Of a stretch of 64,000 nucleotides of DNA, positions 48,905-60,198 are shown in pieces. Below the pieces are notes generated by a model that ran no database searches, was not told the origin of the DNA, and worked only from the letters and a program-made list of their open reading frames with translations. Numbering within the stretch: the first letter of the stretch is position 1; every line of letters begins with the position of its first letter. Source of the stretch: Prorocentrum cordatum (taxonomy: Eukaryota); NCBI GenBank assembly GCA_963575745.1, contig CAUYUJ010000001.1, positions 2,728,001-2,792,000 of the forward strand, written 5' to 3'. Position numbers and translations under genes: made by a program.

Positions 48905-49759
48905 GCGATGAACAAAAAAACGATTAATGGGTGTGGGGGGGGGGGATGGAGGAGCAGGATGCCGGGGAACGGTGATGAGGGGGAAGAGCAGGGACAACCG
49001 AAATGAGGAGGGGGTGAGGCCCTCGCTTCCCTTATAGGTTGCCGTGCAAGAAGGGCGGCTGGGGCGCCGATGGGCGAGGGGGACAGGGGTCGACGTTGAG
49101 GCGGGGGCTCTCGTTTTAGCGCCGCGCACGCTCATCTTAAACATCCGCAGCAGACGCGGATGGAAGGCGGGCGGTTTTCAAGTTGCGGCTCTCGCCTGAG
49201 CTCGTCTACAACTTGCATCAGCTACACTGATGGAGGGCGGGCGGTGTTAAAATTACGCTCTCGCCTTAACCTTGGCGCCGCGCAAACTCATTGTCAAAGC
49301 TTGCAGCACTTGCACTTCCCCCATCGCTGAACGGATCTGTCCGAGGTTTGGCGTGGCGACGTGCCCCGTGCCTGACAGCCTGGGCTTGGCAAGGGGGTGG
49401 GCAACGGTTCGAGGTGATTGGTCACCCCCATCTCCCCGTCTGACGCCCTCTCTTGGCTTTCGCCGCCGCCCCTCTCCTCAGCTTCGTCATGTCTGGCCCG
49501 CGAGCTCATGCATCTCAGACTCCGTCCTGCGGTAAGTGCAGTCATCATTGCCGTGCTGGCGCATCTTGGAGCGCCCTTTGGGGCGATGAGGGCCCCCTGT
49601 GCACTGTGGCGGCGGCTGCGGCGACGGCGGCGACGACGGCGAGTATGGCAAGGGTGACAGCGGCGACGACGGCGACGACGACGGCCCTTCGGCCAGTCGG
49701 TGTGGCTGGGGCGCCATGGGGTGCTCCTGGAGGTCCCCCCAGGGGGGCCTTCTGTACCC

Positions 49760-50400
49760 TCAGACTTTTTCGAGACTCCCCTGGGGGACTTCTTTGGCAC
49801 CGAGACTCTTCTTGAGACTCCTCCTGGGACCCCGCTAGACTGCGTGACTCTTTGTTGGTGCCCTCTCGGGGGCAGCTGTTCGAAGGATTCGGATGGAGAC
49901 TGTTTCGAGACTCTGTCTGAGACTTTTTCCTGCGTTTTTTTTTTGCGCGTCCTGGGGGCCCGGCACGGGGGGGGGGGGAGCGGCGACCGCAAGGGGGCTG
50001 TTTTTATATGTTTTTGAAACTGTGTTGGGACTTGTTGGTGCCGTTTTTGGCCAGGAGACTGTTTTGAGACTGTTTTGAAACTATTTTGAAACTGTTTGGG
50101 GGTTTGGGGAGCCGTTCAAAAAGTACAGAAAAAAGTACCAAAAAACGTCCCGAACAAGTCTCGAAACAGTCCCCCGCGCCGAACCCTCCCAAAAAGTATC
50201 CAACAAGTGCCAAAAAAGTATCAAAATAGTGTTTTGGCAGAGTCCCAGCAGCGATTTGGGCACCCGCCGCCCGATTCCCAAGAGTCTCAAAACAGTCTCA
50301 AACCAGTCTCAAAAAAAGTAGCTAAACAGCGCACTGCGAAAAACCAATGAAACCACAGCCCCCCGAAAAGTCTCGAACAAGTCTCAGGGGGGGGGACTCT
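49760..50400. repeat. Internal array of the subterminal motif ACTGTTT(T/C)GA(G/A)ACT, switching orientation at ~50120
   Basis: Forward copies at 49895-49930 and 50055-50097; reverse copies at 50156, 50283-50315 and 50369. 50058-50071 is the exact reverse complement of 42911-42924. Confidence 0.85.
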
Positions 50401-51331
50401 TCAGACCTTCAGCTGCCCAAAATGTGCCAGGGGGGAGACTCTGAGGACCCCCGCGCGCCCAAAGAGTGCCCAAAGAGTGTCCCGAGAGGGCGCCGAGCGG
50501 GGTCGCGAAGAGGGCCAGTTCCCGCGACGTTGGACCCTCGTGGGGAGCCCTTGGGGCCCTCTTGGGCCCCATTGGAGCCGCATCGTGCCCATGTTGGGCC
50601 CCTCTTAGGCCCCTGGGAGGGCTCTGAGAGGGTTCAGAAAGGGCACCCAGAGGCCCCAGAGGGTGCTCCAGACGCGGGGGGCCAAACAATAACATATGTG
50701 TTTGGGTTTCTGGCATCAACGCCACCCTGGGCTCCTCGTGGGGCCCTCTCGGAACCCCAAGAAGCTTGCCGAGAGGACCCAGGATTGGGCAATGCCGAAA
50801 CACACATGTTTCGGATGGGTTTAAGTTGCGCCCTAGGGGGGTCGCAAAGAAGGCGCCGAGAAGGCCCTGGACCGACCTCCTGGGCACCGCTACATCCGTT
50901 TCATGTTTACATTATAACCATTAGAGCAAGGGGTCCTGCAGACAAGCATCTGGCTGCTCGAAATCGGGGCCCTTCTCGGGGCAAGTTCGGAGTCGGCCTG
51001 GGCGTTAAGTTTGAAAATGGGGCCCGCGCTATAAATCTATCCTGGGCGCAACCAACGGCCCCACATAGGTTTCGTCGTTGACCTTTTGGGGCCCATGGCT
51101 TCGGCCGTTGCGAGTTGAACGGGGCCTGGGCCTTAGGGGGCCCTGGGCCGCCATGGGGCCCAGCTGTTGAAGGCCCTGGGCCGCCCTGGGGCCCGAGGGG
51201 CCCCCGCTCGACCGTCGGCGTCGCGTCGCCCTCTTGGCTCAAATTTCGCAGAGCCTTTGAGCGCGCGTGCTCCGGCCGCCAGTGCCCGACCAGCGCCGCG
51301 GCCGCCCGACGCCCAGCCGCTCGCATCGGAG

Positions 51332-51424
51332 ATGGCCAAGCGCAGCTCCAACGGTGAGATGCCCGCTGCTGGTCGCCAACGCCGCCTCGGTGCGAAGTCC
51401 ACGACGCGTGGTCTCTGCGGCGAG
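51332..51424 (+). CDS. Transposon ORF2 exon 1 (MAKRSSNGEMPAAGRQRRLGAKSTTRGLCGE)
   Basis: ATG at 51332. The GAG|GC donor joins in frame to the GAG|GCG acceptor at 51832/51833. Confidence 0.5.
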
Positions 51425-51832
51425 GCGCCGAGGGTCCAGCTGAAAACCGCACCAATAGCAACAACAACACAACAACAGCAACACCACTAGTAATAGCAAT
51501 AGCAGCAACAACAACAACAGTCGAAACAATAGCAACAACAACATCAACAACAATCACAACAACACAGCAACAACCCCCCGTCCCTGCTTTCTGCTCCCTG
51601 CTCCTTCCCCTCCTCCCTCCGTCCTTCATTCCCCCCATCCTCTGATGCTCCCGACCCTCCTCCCCTCCCCCTGCCCCCTACCCCCTCGTCCACTTGCGCC
51701 CCCCCCCGCCCCCCCCGTCGCTCGCAGAGTGGCGGGGGGGGGAGGCGGAGCGCGCGCGGGGCGCGGAGGGGGGGGGGGTCGAGGATCCGAGAAGCAAGTT
51801 TTTGCTTAACAGCAATTGTTTGCCGCCGCGAG

Positions 51833-54773
51833 GCGTGCGACGACCTGGTCAAGCGCGCCCGCGAGGACGAGGCCGTCTTCGCGCGCCGCAGTTGCGACGA
51901 CGTCTACATCCACAGCCTGAGCCTCATGACGATCACCGACGTCGTCGCGAGCATAAGCGACGATGTATTCAAGAAGGATTTCATCGAGGGGAAGATGCAG
52001 ATAAAGAAGCAGGGTAAGAGGCCGCTCTTCCCCGAGGAGGTGGGCAAGCGCGAGGTCTTCTCCATGAAAGTGAAGCGGAAGGCCCTCATCATGTCGAGGT
52101 CAGAGCTGCACAGATATTGCGGCTTCAAGCCCACCAAGAAGAACACGAAATCGATCCCCTCGATGATGTTGCACTCGGAGGACAGCCTAGACGTCGAGGG
52201 CGTATGGCTCTTCATGTGGACGATCGATTGGTCCTTCCTGCGCGCGCTGAGCATCAGCATGGGCGTCGTTAGCGAGAAGAGCTGTGCGTACATGAAGCAG
52301 GAGAACCACATCTTCGCCTCCCAGAGCACGCGGACGTTCGACTGGAGCATGGGCGAGCAGACTCACTCGAGTGGCCCGTCAACCTTGCTCGCGAACCTCA
52401 AGACCCACGAGGGCGCCGGCCTGGCCCTCACGGAGGAGATGGCCAACTCGATGGGGACGCGGCGTCTCCGCGGCGGGGGGTTGCCGTCAGGCGGGGTGTC
52501 CTCCACGTCGCCGCCGATGACCATGTCAGGAGCGTGCTCGGTCCTCTCTGGCGGCATCGAGTCCACGCCAACGGGGGGGGCGGGAGATGGCGAGACTGAC
52601 TCTCCGCACGCGCCCATGCTCTACAGCAAGGGCACCTTGTCGGCGACGACGATCAACGTCATGGCGGAGCGACGTGCTGCGAGGAGCGCTGTGAGCGGGG
52701 TGCCATCCGCCCTGTCGGCCATCGGCCGACTCCAGGCAGCGGCGGCGAACACCTGCAGCATCGATGCTGACGATTCGGCGAGCCAGGCCCCCAATGCAGG
52801 GGGCCCAGCTGTGGGCAAGGGGGACCAGTGGATTGCGAAGCTCCCGTTGTCGAAGGTGCTCACAGCTGGGAAGTTGGGCGCCCAAGCGCACCACGCCACT
52901 GGAGAGTCGAAAAAGGCTGAAGGACAAGGATAAGGACCAGTGGAACAGACTCACCCTGCACATGACGAGGTACGAGCTCGCGAACAAGCTTCACGAGACC
53001 AACATCTTCAGCGCCTCGGCTGGCGATGTCAAGGACGCCTTCGAGCGCCTGCGCCAGTCCATCGATGCCCCGCCCGTCGTCCAGAAGAACATGTGCAAGA
53101 AGATGTTCCAGGAACGCATGACAGTCGAGCTCCAGTCCATGACCGACGTCGCCTTCTTCTTTGAGATGGTGTGGCCATGGCCCACATCATCTCAGGAAGC
53201 GGGCCTCACCTTCACTGCGGATTCGCCGAAGCTCCACTTCATTGACCTCGAGATGGCCGAGAAGATCCGCATGTTCAACCAGAGTTTCATCAGCGGCGTG
53301 CACACTGCACTGATCGAGGGAGGCCACGAGAAGAAGGATATGCTCGTGGCGATTTCTTCTCGGATGGCTTCGCTGATGGACGATCTGCTGGCCGACGCAG
53401 AGGAGTTCTGCGAGGGCGCGTCGCACTTCTTGGGCGCGCTGGGCTCCATGGTGGGCGGCGTCGCCGAGATCTGCGACCCGACCAGCCCGTGGAAGGCGGG
53501 CGACATCGACGCCTTCTACAGCGACATCCTCTCCCTCGACCCCAACCGCGGGGACATCTTCAGCGGGCTGGAGGGGGTGGCGATCGCCATCGGCGCGTGC
53601 GCCGAGTACAGCAAGACGTGGGCGACCCTGATGAAGGACAAAGTCATGGCCATGGAGCTCGCCCCCCAGGTTTCAGCATCCACGTCCGCCCTCTTGTCGG
53701 TGGCGCGCAGCCCCCTGGGCTTCGACGGGGCGGTTGCTGCGGCCACCGCGGCGTTGAGCACCACCCCGAAAGTCGCGTGCTCCCTGGGCGACGAGCTCGC
53801 GACCCCCGTCGTCAAGGAGGTGAAGGCCGCGCTGAAAGATTTGTCGGCCAGCGTCGCCTCAGCCACGCCGACGGGGTCATTGGCGCAGACGCAGCAGAGC
53901 ACATTCATCCAGCTGTTGGGCAAGGCGGTCGACGCCATGCCGTCGGACGCCGAGCTTCTGAAGATGAAGACGGAGATGGACGAAGCCGACGCCTCCATGC
54001 CCCGCGATGCCATCAGGGCGCAGTTGACCACGCTGGTCAACGACATATTTGCTGACGCGGCGACCGCGGTCAACCTTCGCGACGACTTGCGCCTTATCAT
54101 GGGCAAGATGGCAAAGGACGACTTGGATTCGACGATGACTGCGAAGCTCGGCGAGTGCGCCTGCGCCCTCATCAAGAAGATCTTGACGGTGCCCGAGGGG
54201 GGCAAGGAGATGGCGGACGCCGCGACGCAGGCAGCGCACCACTTGCACGACTTCCTGCCGAGCACGGCCACGAAGGGACAGCAGCGGAGCTTGGAGGCAT
54301 CGAGCGCATGTCGGTCGCTGAGGCCGACCACGGAGGCGATCGTCCAGAAGTTCTTCGACGATGAGAAGAAGCTCATCGCGGAGCAGGTGGATCTCGGGGA
54401 CCCGCAGCTTGCCCTCCTGCGCGTCCTCCTGGAGAAGCTGGACGCCTACATCAAGGACGAGGCCGACTCGGACATCAGCTTGCACGAGCACATGAAGGCG
54501 CAGATCCACCAGTACGTGGAGGACGCGAGGCGCGTGGTGAAGACGGTGGGGCAGCACGCCGTCGACGTGGCATCGGCCGAGACCCAGACGACAGCGGCGA
54601 ATATCGAGCCCTACATGCACGGCCTCCCCGACGGCACGGACTGGTTGAGCGCTGGCCCAGCCAACCTCCACGTGTGGAAAAACTTGGCGGTCCACGCCGA
54701 CAGTGCGATCTTGTCCACGGAGATGAGCAAGACCATCGGCCCCTTGAAGAAGAATGTGGACGCTGCCGAGAAG
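51833..54773 (+). CDS. Transposon ORF2 exon 2 (unknown, largely helical-looking protein), one apparent +1 frameshift at the A5 run 52910-52914
   Basis: ORFs 51926-52933 and 52764-54854 have strong GC3 bias and fuse as ..TGESKRLKDKDKDQW.. if one A is removed. Confidence 0.75.
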
Positions 54774-54971
54774 GCGGCTGTGTGCCCCCCCCAGTTATGT
54801 TGGTGCAAACGTGCGCGGGCTCACGCCCGACGTATCTTTGCGTTTGTTTCTTAAGTTGTTCAGTGGGTCGCAGATGGGTTTCGAGGAGGAAGGTGAAAGA
54901 AGGAAAGCCGCGCACCAGTTAGCCTAAGATACCGCTGCATGGCCTTCCCTCCTTCACCTCCCTCTTGGAAG

Positions 54972-55253
54972 GCGCTGGCCCACTGGAAGTCCGAGGGTGA
55001 GAAATACGGATTGCGCATCGAGGGGGATCAGAACTACCAGAAGGTGTCAGACATCATCACCAACGCGTGGGTGACTCTTGTGACAGGCAGTCTGTTCATG
55101 GCTTTCAAGAAAGCGACTGACAAGCAGTTGCTGAGGGCTACGATCGTAAAGACGACGAGCGCCCTCAAGGAGCGTGGCATTTCGCAGGACCGTTTGCATC
55201 CAACCCTGTCGGCGCGGGTGCAGCTGGCCATGCAATTCAAAATTAATGATTAA
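54972..55253 (+). CDS. Transposon ORF2 exon 3
   Basis: The GC-AG intron 54774-54971 (AAG|GCG at both ends, phase 0) gives ..AAEK|ALAHWKSEG...MQFKIND*. Confidence 0.7.
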   Translation, partial: ALAHWKSEGEKYGLRIEGDQNYQKVSDIITNAWVTLVTGSLFMAFKKATDKQLLRATIVKTTSALKERGISQDRLHPTLSARVQLAMQFKIND

Positions 55254-56992
55254 TGTGTAGTTAGGTTTCCTGGGGCCGAGTGGTGTGGTGAAACGAGCTG
55301 CCATTTTGGCGTTCGGCACGCAGCGAGCGCACGCAGACGCCGCGCGTGCATGTCAGCACGGGTGCTGGGTGCGCGTGTAGAAAACACTGCAGCACCCTCT
55401 CCCGCAGCGTGCAAGCACGCAGCACGACAGAGAGGTACACACACACCACACACACACGCACGCACAAACCCAGCCCAGGTCCCAGCCCGCAGACAGCATG
55501 CGGGCTGACAGTTACGAGTTGCGAGTCGGTCCGCATCGGGGCCTGACTGGACTCAGTCAGGACGCGGTATCTCCAGCTCTCTAGGCCAGAGGAGAAAAAC
55601 ACGTGTGGCGGGGGTGCGTATTTCTCTTCCCCACTCTTCCGCCCACCCCACCCCCCCGATCCCCCACCGGCCTAACCCCTGCCCCCCGCCCCCCGCCCCC
55701 GCGGATCTCGAGCCGTCGCCACCTACCCCCCCCTCCGCGCCCGACAGAGTCAGAGGGGCCCGACGGGCCGACGGGGTGCCCCCGCGGCTGCGTCCGACGC
55801 CCCTGGCATCGCCAGAGGGCGAAGTCAGCCGCGTCGAGGCGGCGGGGAAGGGGAGGGCGGAGGAGGAGGAGGAGAAGGAGGCGGAGGAGTGGAACAGAGA
55901 CGGAAGGGAGGAGAAGGAAGGATGGTGGAATGAGAAAATGGAACAAGGCGTGATGACGGCGGGGCCTCTCCTTTTCCCTTCTCCCGCCTCCCTTCGTCCG
56001 CCCCGCCCCCCTCTCCCTTTTCCCTCCTCACCCCTTCCCTCACCCCTCTCCCCTTCGCCCCCATGTCCCTCCCCTTCCCCATCCCCCTCCCTCTTCCTCC
56101 TCCCCCTTCTGCTCCTCCCCCTCCTCATCCTCTCCCCCTCCTCACCTTTCTCTTCCCCCAGCTTTGCTTTCCTTGGGGCCCGTGCGCTCCGTTGTCTTGT
56201 TCATTATTGGCAGCGTTGCGTTTCTTCCCCTCCGAGGCCTCACGATATTTCTCCTTATGCTCCTTCCTCGAGGCCTTTCTGGCTTTCCTGTCCGCCTCCT
56301 TGTCATTGTTACAATGTACAATGGCAAGGAGGTGATGTTTTTGTTCGTTGAGTTCTTTGCATCGGTCTGAGAGCCATTAGTTCTTGTTCTCCATCTCGTC
56401 TGTTTTCATCGTGAGTTGGCACGCGACCTTAGCCCCCCCGCCTCCTCCCCCCCCTCCCTCCCCCCTCCTCTCCCCCCCCTTCTCCCCCCCTCTTGCCTCC
56501 TGCTTCCCGCCCCGCCCGCGGCCACCCGAGGGGGCAGGCCGCCACGGGCGGCCCGAGGGCGCCGCCGCGCCAGCGGGGGGGGGCACCCGAGCGGCCGTCG
56601 CCGCCGTCGTCGCCGCCGCCGTCGCCGCCGCCGAACCCCCCCTCTTACTCCCCACCCCCTCTCATTCCGAGTGGGCCGACGCTTTTTCCCGCCAGGAGCC
56701 CGCGGTGCGAAGGTGCCTAAGGCGAGAGCGCGATTCCGAAAACCAGCGCGTGTCCGAGTGGGCCCTCGGGCCGCAGGCAACCGCTGCCGCTGGCGCCTTC
56801 GGTGGAGCTCTCTATGAAGGCGCGGAACGTGTGAGCGCGCCGAAGTGGACCCTCGGACCGAATGCGACCGCTGGCAATGGGGCCTCCGATGGAACTCCCT
56901 ATGGGGCTCCGCCGCTATGCCCTCGCACCCCCCCTCCCCAGACCACCCCGCTGCCCCCGCCCCTCCCTCCTCATCCATCCCCCTCCACTCCG

Positions 56993-57014
56993 TCCGTGGC
57001 CATTTTGGCTCAAG
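56993..57014 (+). other. Near-complete dinoflagellate spliced-leader sequence inside the transposon's right end
   Basis: TCCGTGGCCATTTTGGCTCAAG matches DCCGTAGCCATTTTGGCTCAAG at 21/22. Confidence 0.9.
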
Positions 57015-57363
57015 GCCGCCTGGCTCCAAAGCGGCCTGCGCGTGGCCCGAGCGCGAGCTCGCGTCCGTGGGTGCCCCCCTTGCGCAGGTTCTTGCGCCTC
57101 GCGTTGGCTTCCTGATGTGCCGCGCGTTGGTTCGGCAGCGCGCGGCACGGGTGCTCTGCCCCCAGCCCCCCGCCCACTCGGCGGGGCGGGTTTGCGAAAT
57201 TGCGCGCGGCGTGGCAGCGCCGAGTGTCGCCTGAGTGGCCTGCACTTTTTTTTTTTGCGCGACAGTGTCGCCGCGACACTGTTTTGAGGCTCCTGAGCGC
57301 CGCGGCCTGCAGACTGTTTTGACACTCTTGACTACACTTGCCAGCAAAACCTCCATATCCCTC

Positions 57364-57388
57364 CTGGAGGAGGCCGCTGCCATCATAA
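57364..57388 (-). repeat. Right TIR of the large transposon
   Basis: CTGGAGGAGGCCGCTGCCATCATAA immediately before the TSD. Confidence 0.88.
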
Positions 57389-58849
57389 GGCTATAGGCAC
57401 GCCAGGACGCTTCGCCACTGCTTGACTTACGTGTAGTCGAAGAAAGGAGCGCCCCCGCCCGCCCGGACCCCAGGCCCATCCTTCAGGCGAGGGCCTGGTG
57501 GCGCGCAACGCGCGCGCGCGCGATCGGCGGCGGACCTGCCGGCGCTGCTCGCCCGCGTGGAAGTGCCTGGCGGCGGGGCGCCTCCGCCGTTTGCATCCCT
57601 GCCCCCTGAGGGCAACGCCAGGAGAAGAAGTCACCACCAGTGGGGTCGTCACTTGCTCGAGGAAGCGCCAGCTCCTCCGAGAAGTGCCCCCCCCCGGCCC
57701 CCCAGAACACTCCAGAGCCCTCCAGCGCAGCCCCTGACGTTCAAAAACCTCCTCGAGCGTCGATCCTGGGACTTCGATCCTCCAAAGGGCCTGCTGACCA
57801 CCCTCGTGTGGCGACTCCCCCTTGGCACTGCCCGGCCCCCCAGGAAGCGCCGCGGCGCGCGGACTCCGCGGCGGGAGGGAGCGGCGCACCGGGCGACTTT
57901 CTCGGACATGCCCTCCTCGGCCTTGCCCGGGAGGGGAGGGGAGGAATAAGGCTCCTCCTCCTGCTCCACCTTTGCCCCCGCCGCTCCCGCACCGTCCCCA
58001 CTGGCTCCCCTTTCCCCTCCTTGCTCTTGTCACTGTCCTCCTGCTCCTCCTGCTCCTGGTCATGCTCCTCCTCCTTCTTTTTGATATTGAGCGGACATGC
58101 GTTCTACAGCTGTTGCGTTCCGTCCTCCTTCTCCTCCTCCTCCTCCTCCTCCTCCTCCTCCTCCTCCTTCTCTCCCTTCTCTCCCCCGCCTCCTCCGCTG
58201 TTCCTGATCATCCCTTCCCCTCCTCGGCATCCTGCACTTTGTCATCGTGCTCCGTTGTAGAGGGGGAGGAGATGTCGGGGGGAGAGGAGATGGAAAGGAG
58301 GAACTAGTACGACTCGAAACAGAATCGGGAGGAAATGGAAGGAGGGTGTGGTGAAGAAGGGGAGCGGAAGGGGAGGATATGAATGGTACATGGAAGAAGG
58401 GGGGGCGCATATCGAAGGTGGGAAGAGGGTCGGGGAGGTGGACATGAAGAGGGGACCCCTTGGAAAAAAAGAGGGGGAGGAGGAGGAGGAGTCAGGAGCA
58501 GGAACCTCGGGATCCGCCTGCGCTCAGACTGTGGGGGTGCGAGATGGATCGCTCGCGCCACCTCGGAGGAGGAAGAGCAGGAGAAGCAAGGCGACTGCGC
58601 AAAAGCATGCAATCATGCTAACGGTCCTCTGCTCTGGTCATTGCCAGCATTGGGCAGTGGAAAAGGACTGCGACAAGTTCGGTCAATGCCACGCCAAAAC
58701 CACCAGCAGGTCGACAAGAAGAACGCAGTCCGTCGCTTCGGGGGACAATCCTCGAAGTGGCGGGCGAGCTGCTCGTTCAGCTGCCGCACGCGCGCCGCGG
58801 AGGCGGCGCCCTCGCGCGCGGCCTCGGGGTCGGCCAATGGAACGGACCG

Positions 58850-59100
58850 CGAGGAAGAGAGCGAGCGAGAGGGAGAGAGAGAGAGAGAGAGAGGAAGACG
58901 AGAGAGAAGGGGAGAGGGAGAAGGAGAGAGAGAGGGGGGGAGGCGCGAAAAGAACAGAGCGGATATGGAGGACCGAGAGGGAAAGAGCGAACGAGATGGA
59001 GAGAAATAGAGAGAGAGAGAGAGAGAGAGAACGAGAGAGTGAGAGAGAAAGAAAGAGAGAGACAGGGAGAGAGGGCAAGAGGGGAGAGCGAGAAGGAGAG
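58850..59100. repeat. (GA)n-rich tract
   Basis: Directly visible. Confidence 0.9.
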
Positions 59101-60039
59101 CGCACCACATCGGACGGCAACGTCGCCCGGCCCCCCGAAACACGATTGTCCCGTGGGTCCACTTCACAAAGCGACGAGCGTCGCTTGCGGAACAGGGGTG
59201 GCCCGGGATGCGCCCCCCCCCCGGCGCGGACCAGTGCGTCCCCGGCTGGAGAACGGAGACGGTCGGCGACGATCAGACCGCACGGGGGCCCGCCTGCGCC
59301 ACCGTGCGCAGGGAGGCGCCGGCTCCACGCGTGGATTGGTGTGCACGCCTCGGCGCCCTGCGAGGAGACGCGCCGCCCCTTTGGGCATCCCCTCAGCGAC
59401 CGAGACGCAGCAGACAACGGAGCAGGTGCCACATGTTCTCGCGGGACCCGTGGACGGAGGCTAGCACTGGTGTGCCGCCCTTTTGGGAGTGGGAAATGGT
59501 TTAATGGTTTGGAGGGTGGTCCCTCTGGTCGCACCAGGGCGGAAAACTCGTTTTGTGAGAACCCTAGACTCTTATGCACGATAGAACCTATCTATCAGCG
59601 GTGCTGCCTGGTCCTGTATCTGCTGAAGAGAAGTCACCAGCTGGTTGGCGCGTTCGTGACGTGCTTGATCCTCTTGTCGCTGGTGACTGGTCGCAGTGAG
59701 GTGCTGCGTGAGGGTTTTCCTCCGGACAATACGGTGCTCAGCACGATGCTCCGCGGGCATTCCGGTTCCATCACCTTGGTGGGTGGCATTACGGCCCCTT
59801 GTCCCCGTTCCCTGGTGGGGGGGGACCCCCGGTGGGGCGGGGAGAGCGAGAGGGAGCGAGGGCGAGAACGAGAGAGCGAGAAGGAGAAAGCGAGACGGAA
59901 GCGAGGCAAGGCGCCGACAGACGTCCAGAAGGACGGCCCCCGGAGCCCGGGATGTGCACTGTGGGAGTCCAGGAGCCCGAGAGAAAGAGAGGGGGGGGGG
60001 GGGGGGAAAGTTCGAGGAAGAAGCATCGGCGTAAGCGCG

Positions 60040-60198
60040 TAAGCATAAGCTTTCGGAGGTCCGCGCGGATTTCTCGGATCGGCGCTGGCCCACCCTGGCG
60101 GCGCCTCGGGCGCCGCCCCCGGCGCGCTCTGCGGGCCAGGGAGTGGGGCCCAGCGCCGATCCAAGAAGTCCGCGCGGACCTGGGAAAGCTTATGTTTA
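60040..60198. mobile_element. ~160-bp foldback / MITE-like element with ~50-bp inverted arms
   Basis: TAAGCATAAGCTTTCGGAGGTCCGCGCGGATTTCTCGGATCGGCGCTGG pairs with CCAGCGCCGATCCAAGAAGTCCGCGCGGACCTGGGAAAGCTTATGTTTA. A related sequence lies at ~5460-5560. No TSD seen. Confidence 0.75.

Larger units (their letters stand above)
42849..57388 (+). mobile_element. Complete 14,540-bp two-gene cut-and-paste DNA transposon (divergent hAT-like), 8-bp TSD GGCTATAG
   Basis: GGCTATAG at 42841-42848 and 57389-57396. TIRs TTATGATATGCGTGGCCTCCTCCAG versus rc TTATGATGGCAGCGGCCTCCTCCAG (20/25). Inverted subterminal AGTCTCAAAACAGT motifs (42911; 57278, 57313). Encodes a DDE transposase. Confidence 0.88.

Noticed and set aside
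55300..55310. GCCATTTTGGC partial SL match after ORF2
   Set aside because: Only 11 nt, lacks TCAAG, and lies in a 3' position.
42849..57388. Assignment of the large element to Zisupton/KDZ (8-bp TSD, HMG association) or P
   Set aside because: KDZ-type motifs (DGNF, YDxxC, FHxxxH, GExxE) were not seen. CxxH plus SRW favours a hAT-like assignment, though this needs a profile search.
58348..60042. 564-aa ORF
   Set aside because: It runs through (GA)n and G-rich repeats, with no domain or codon bias.
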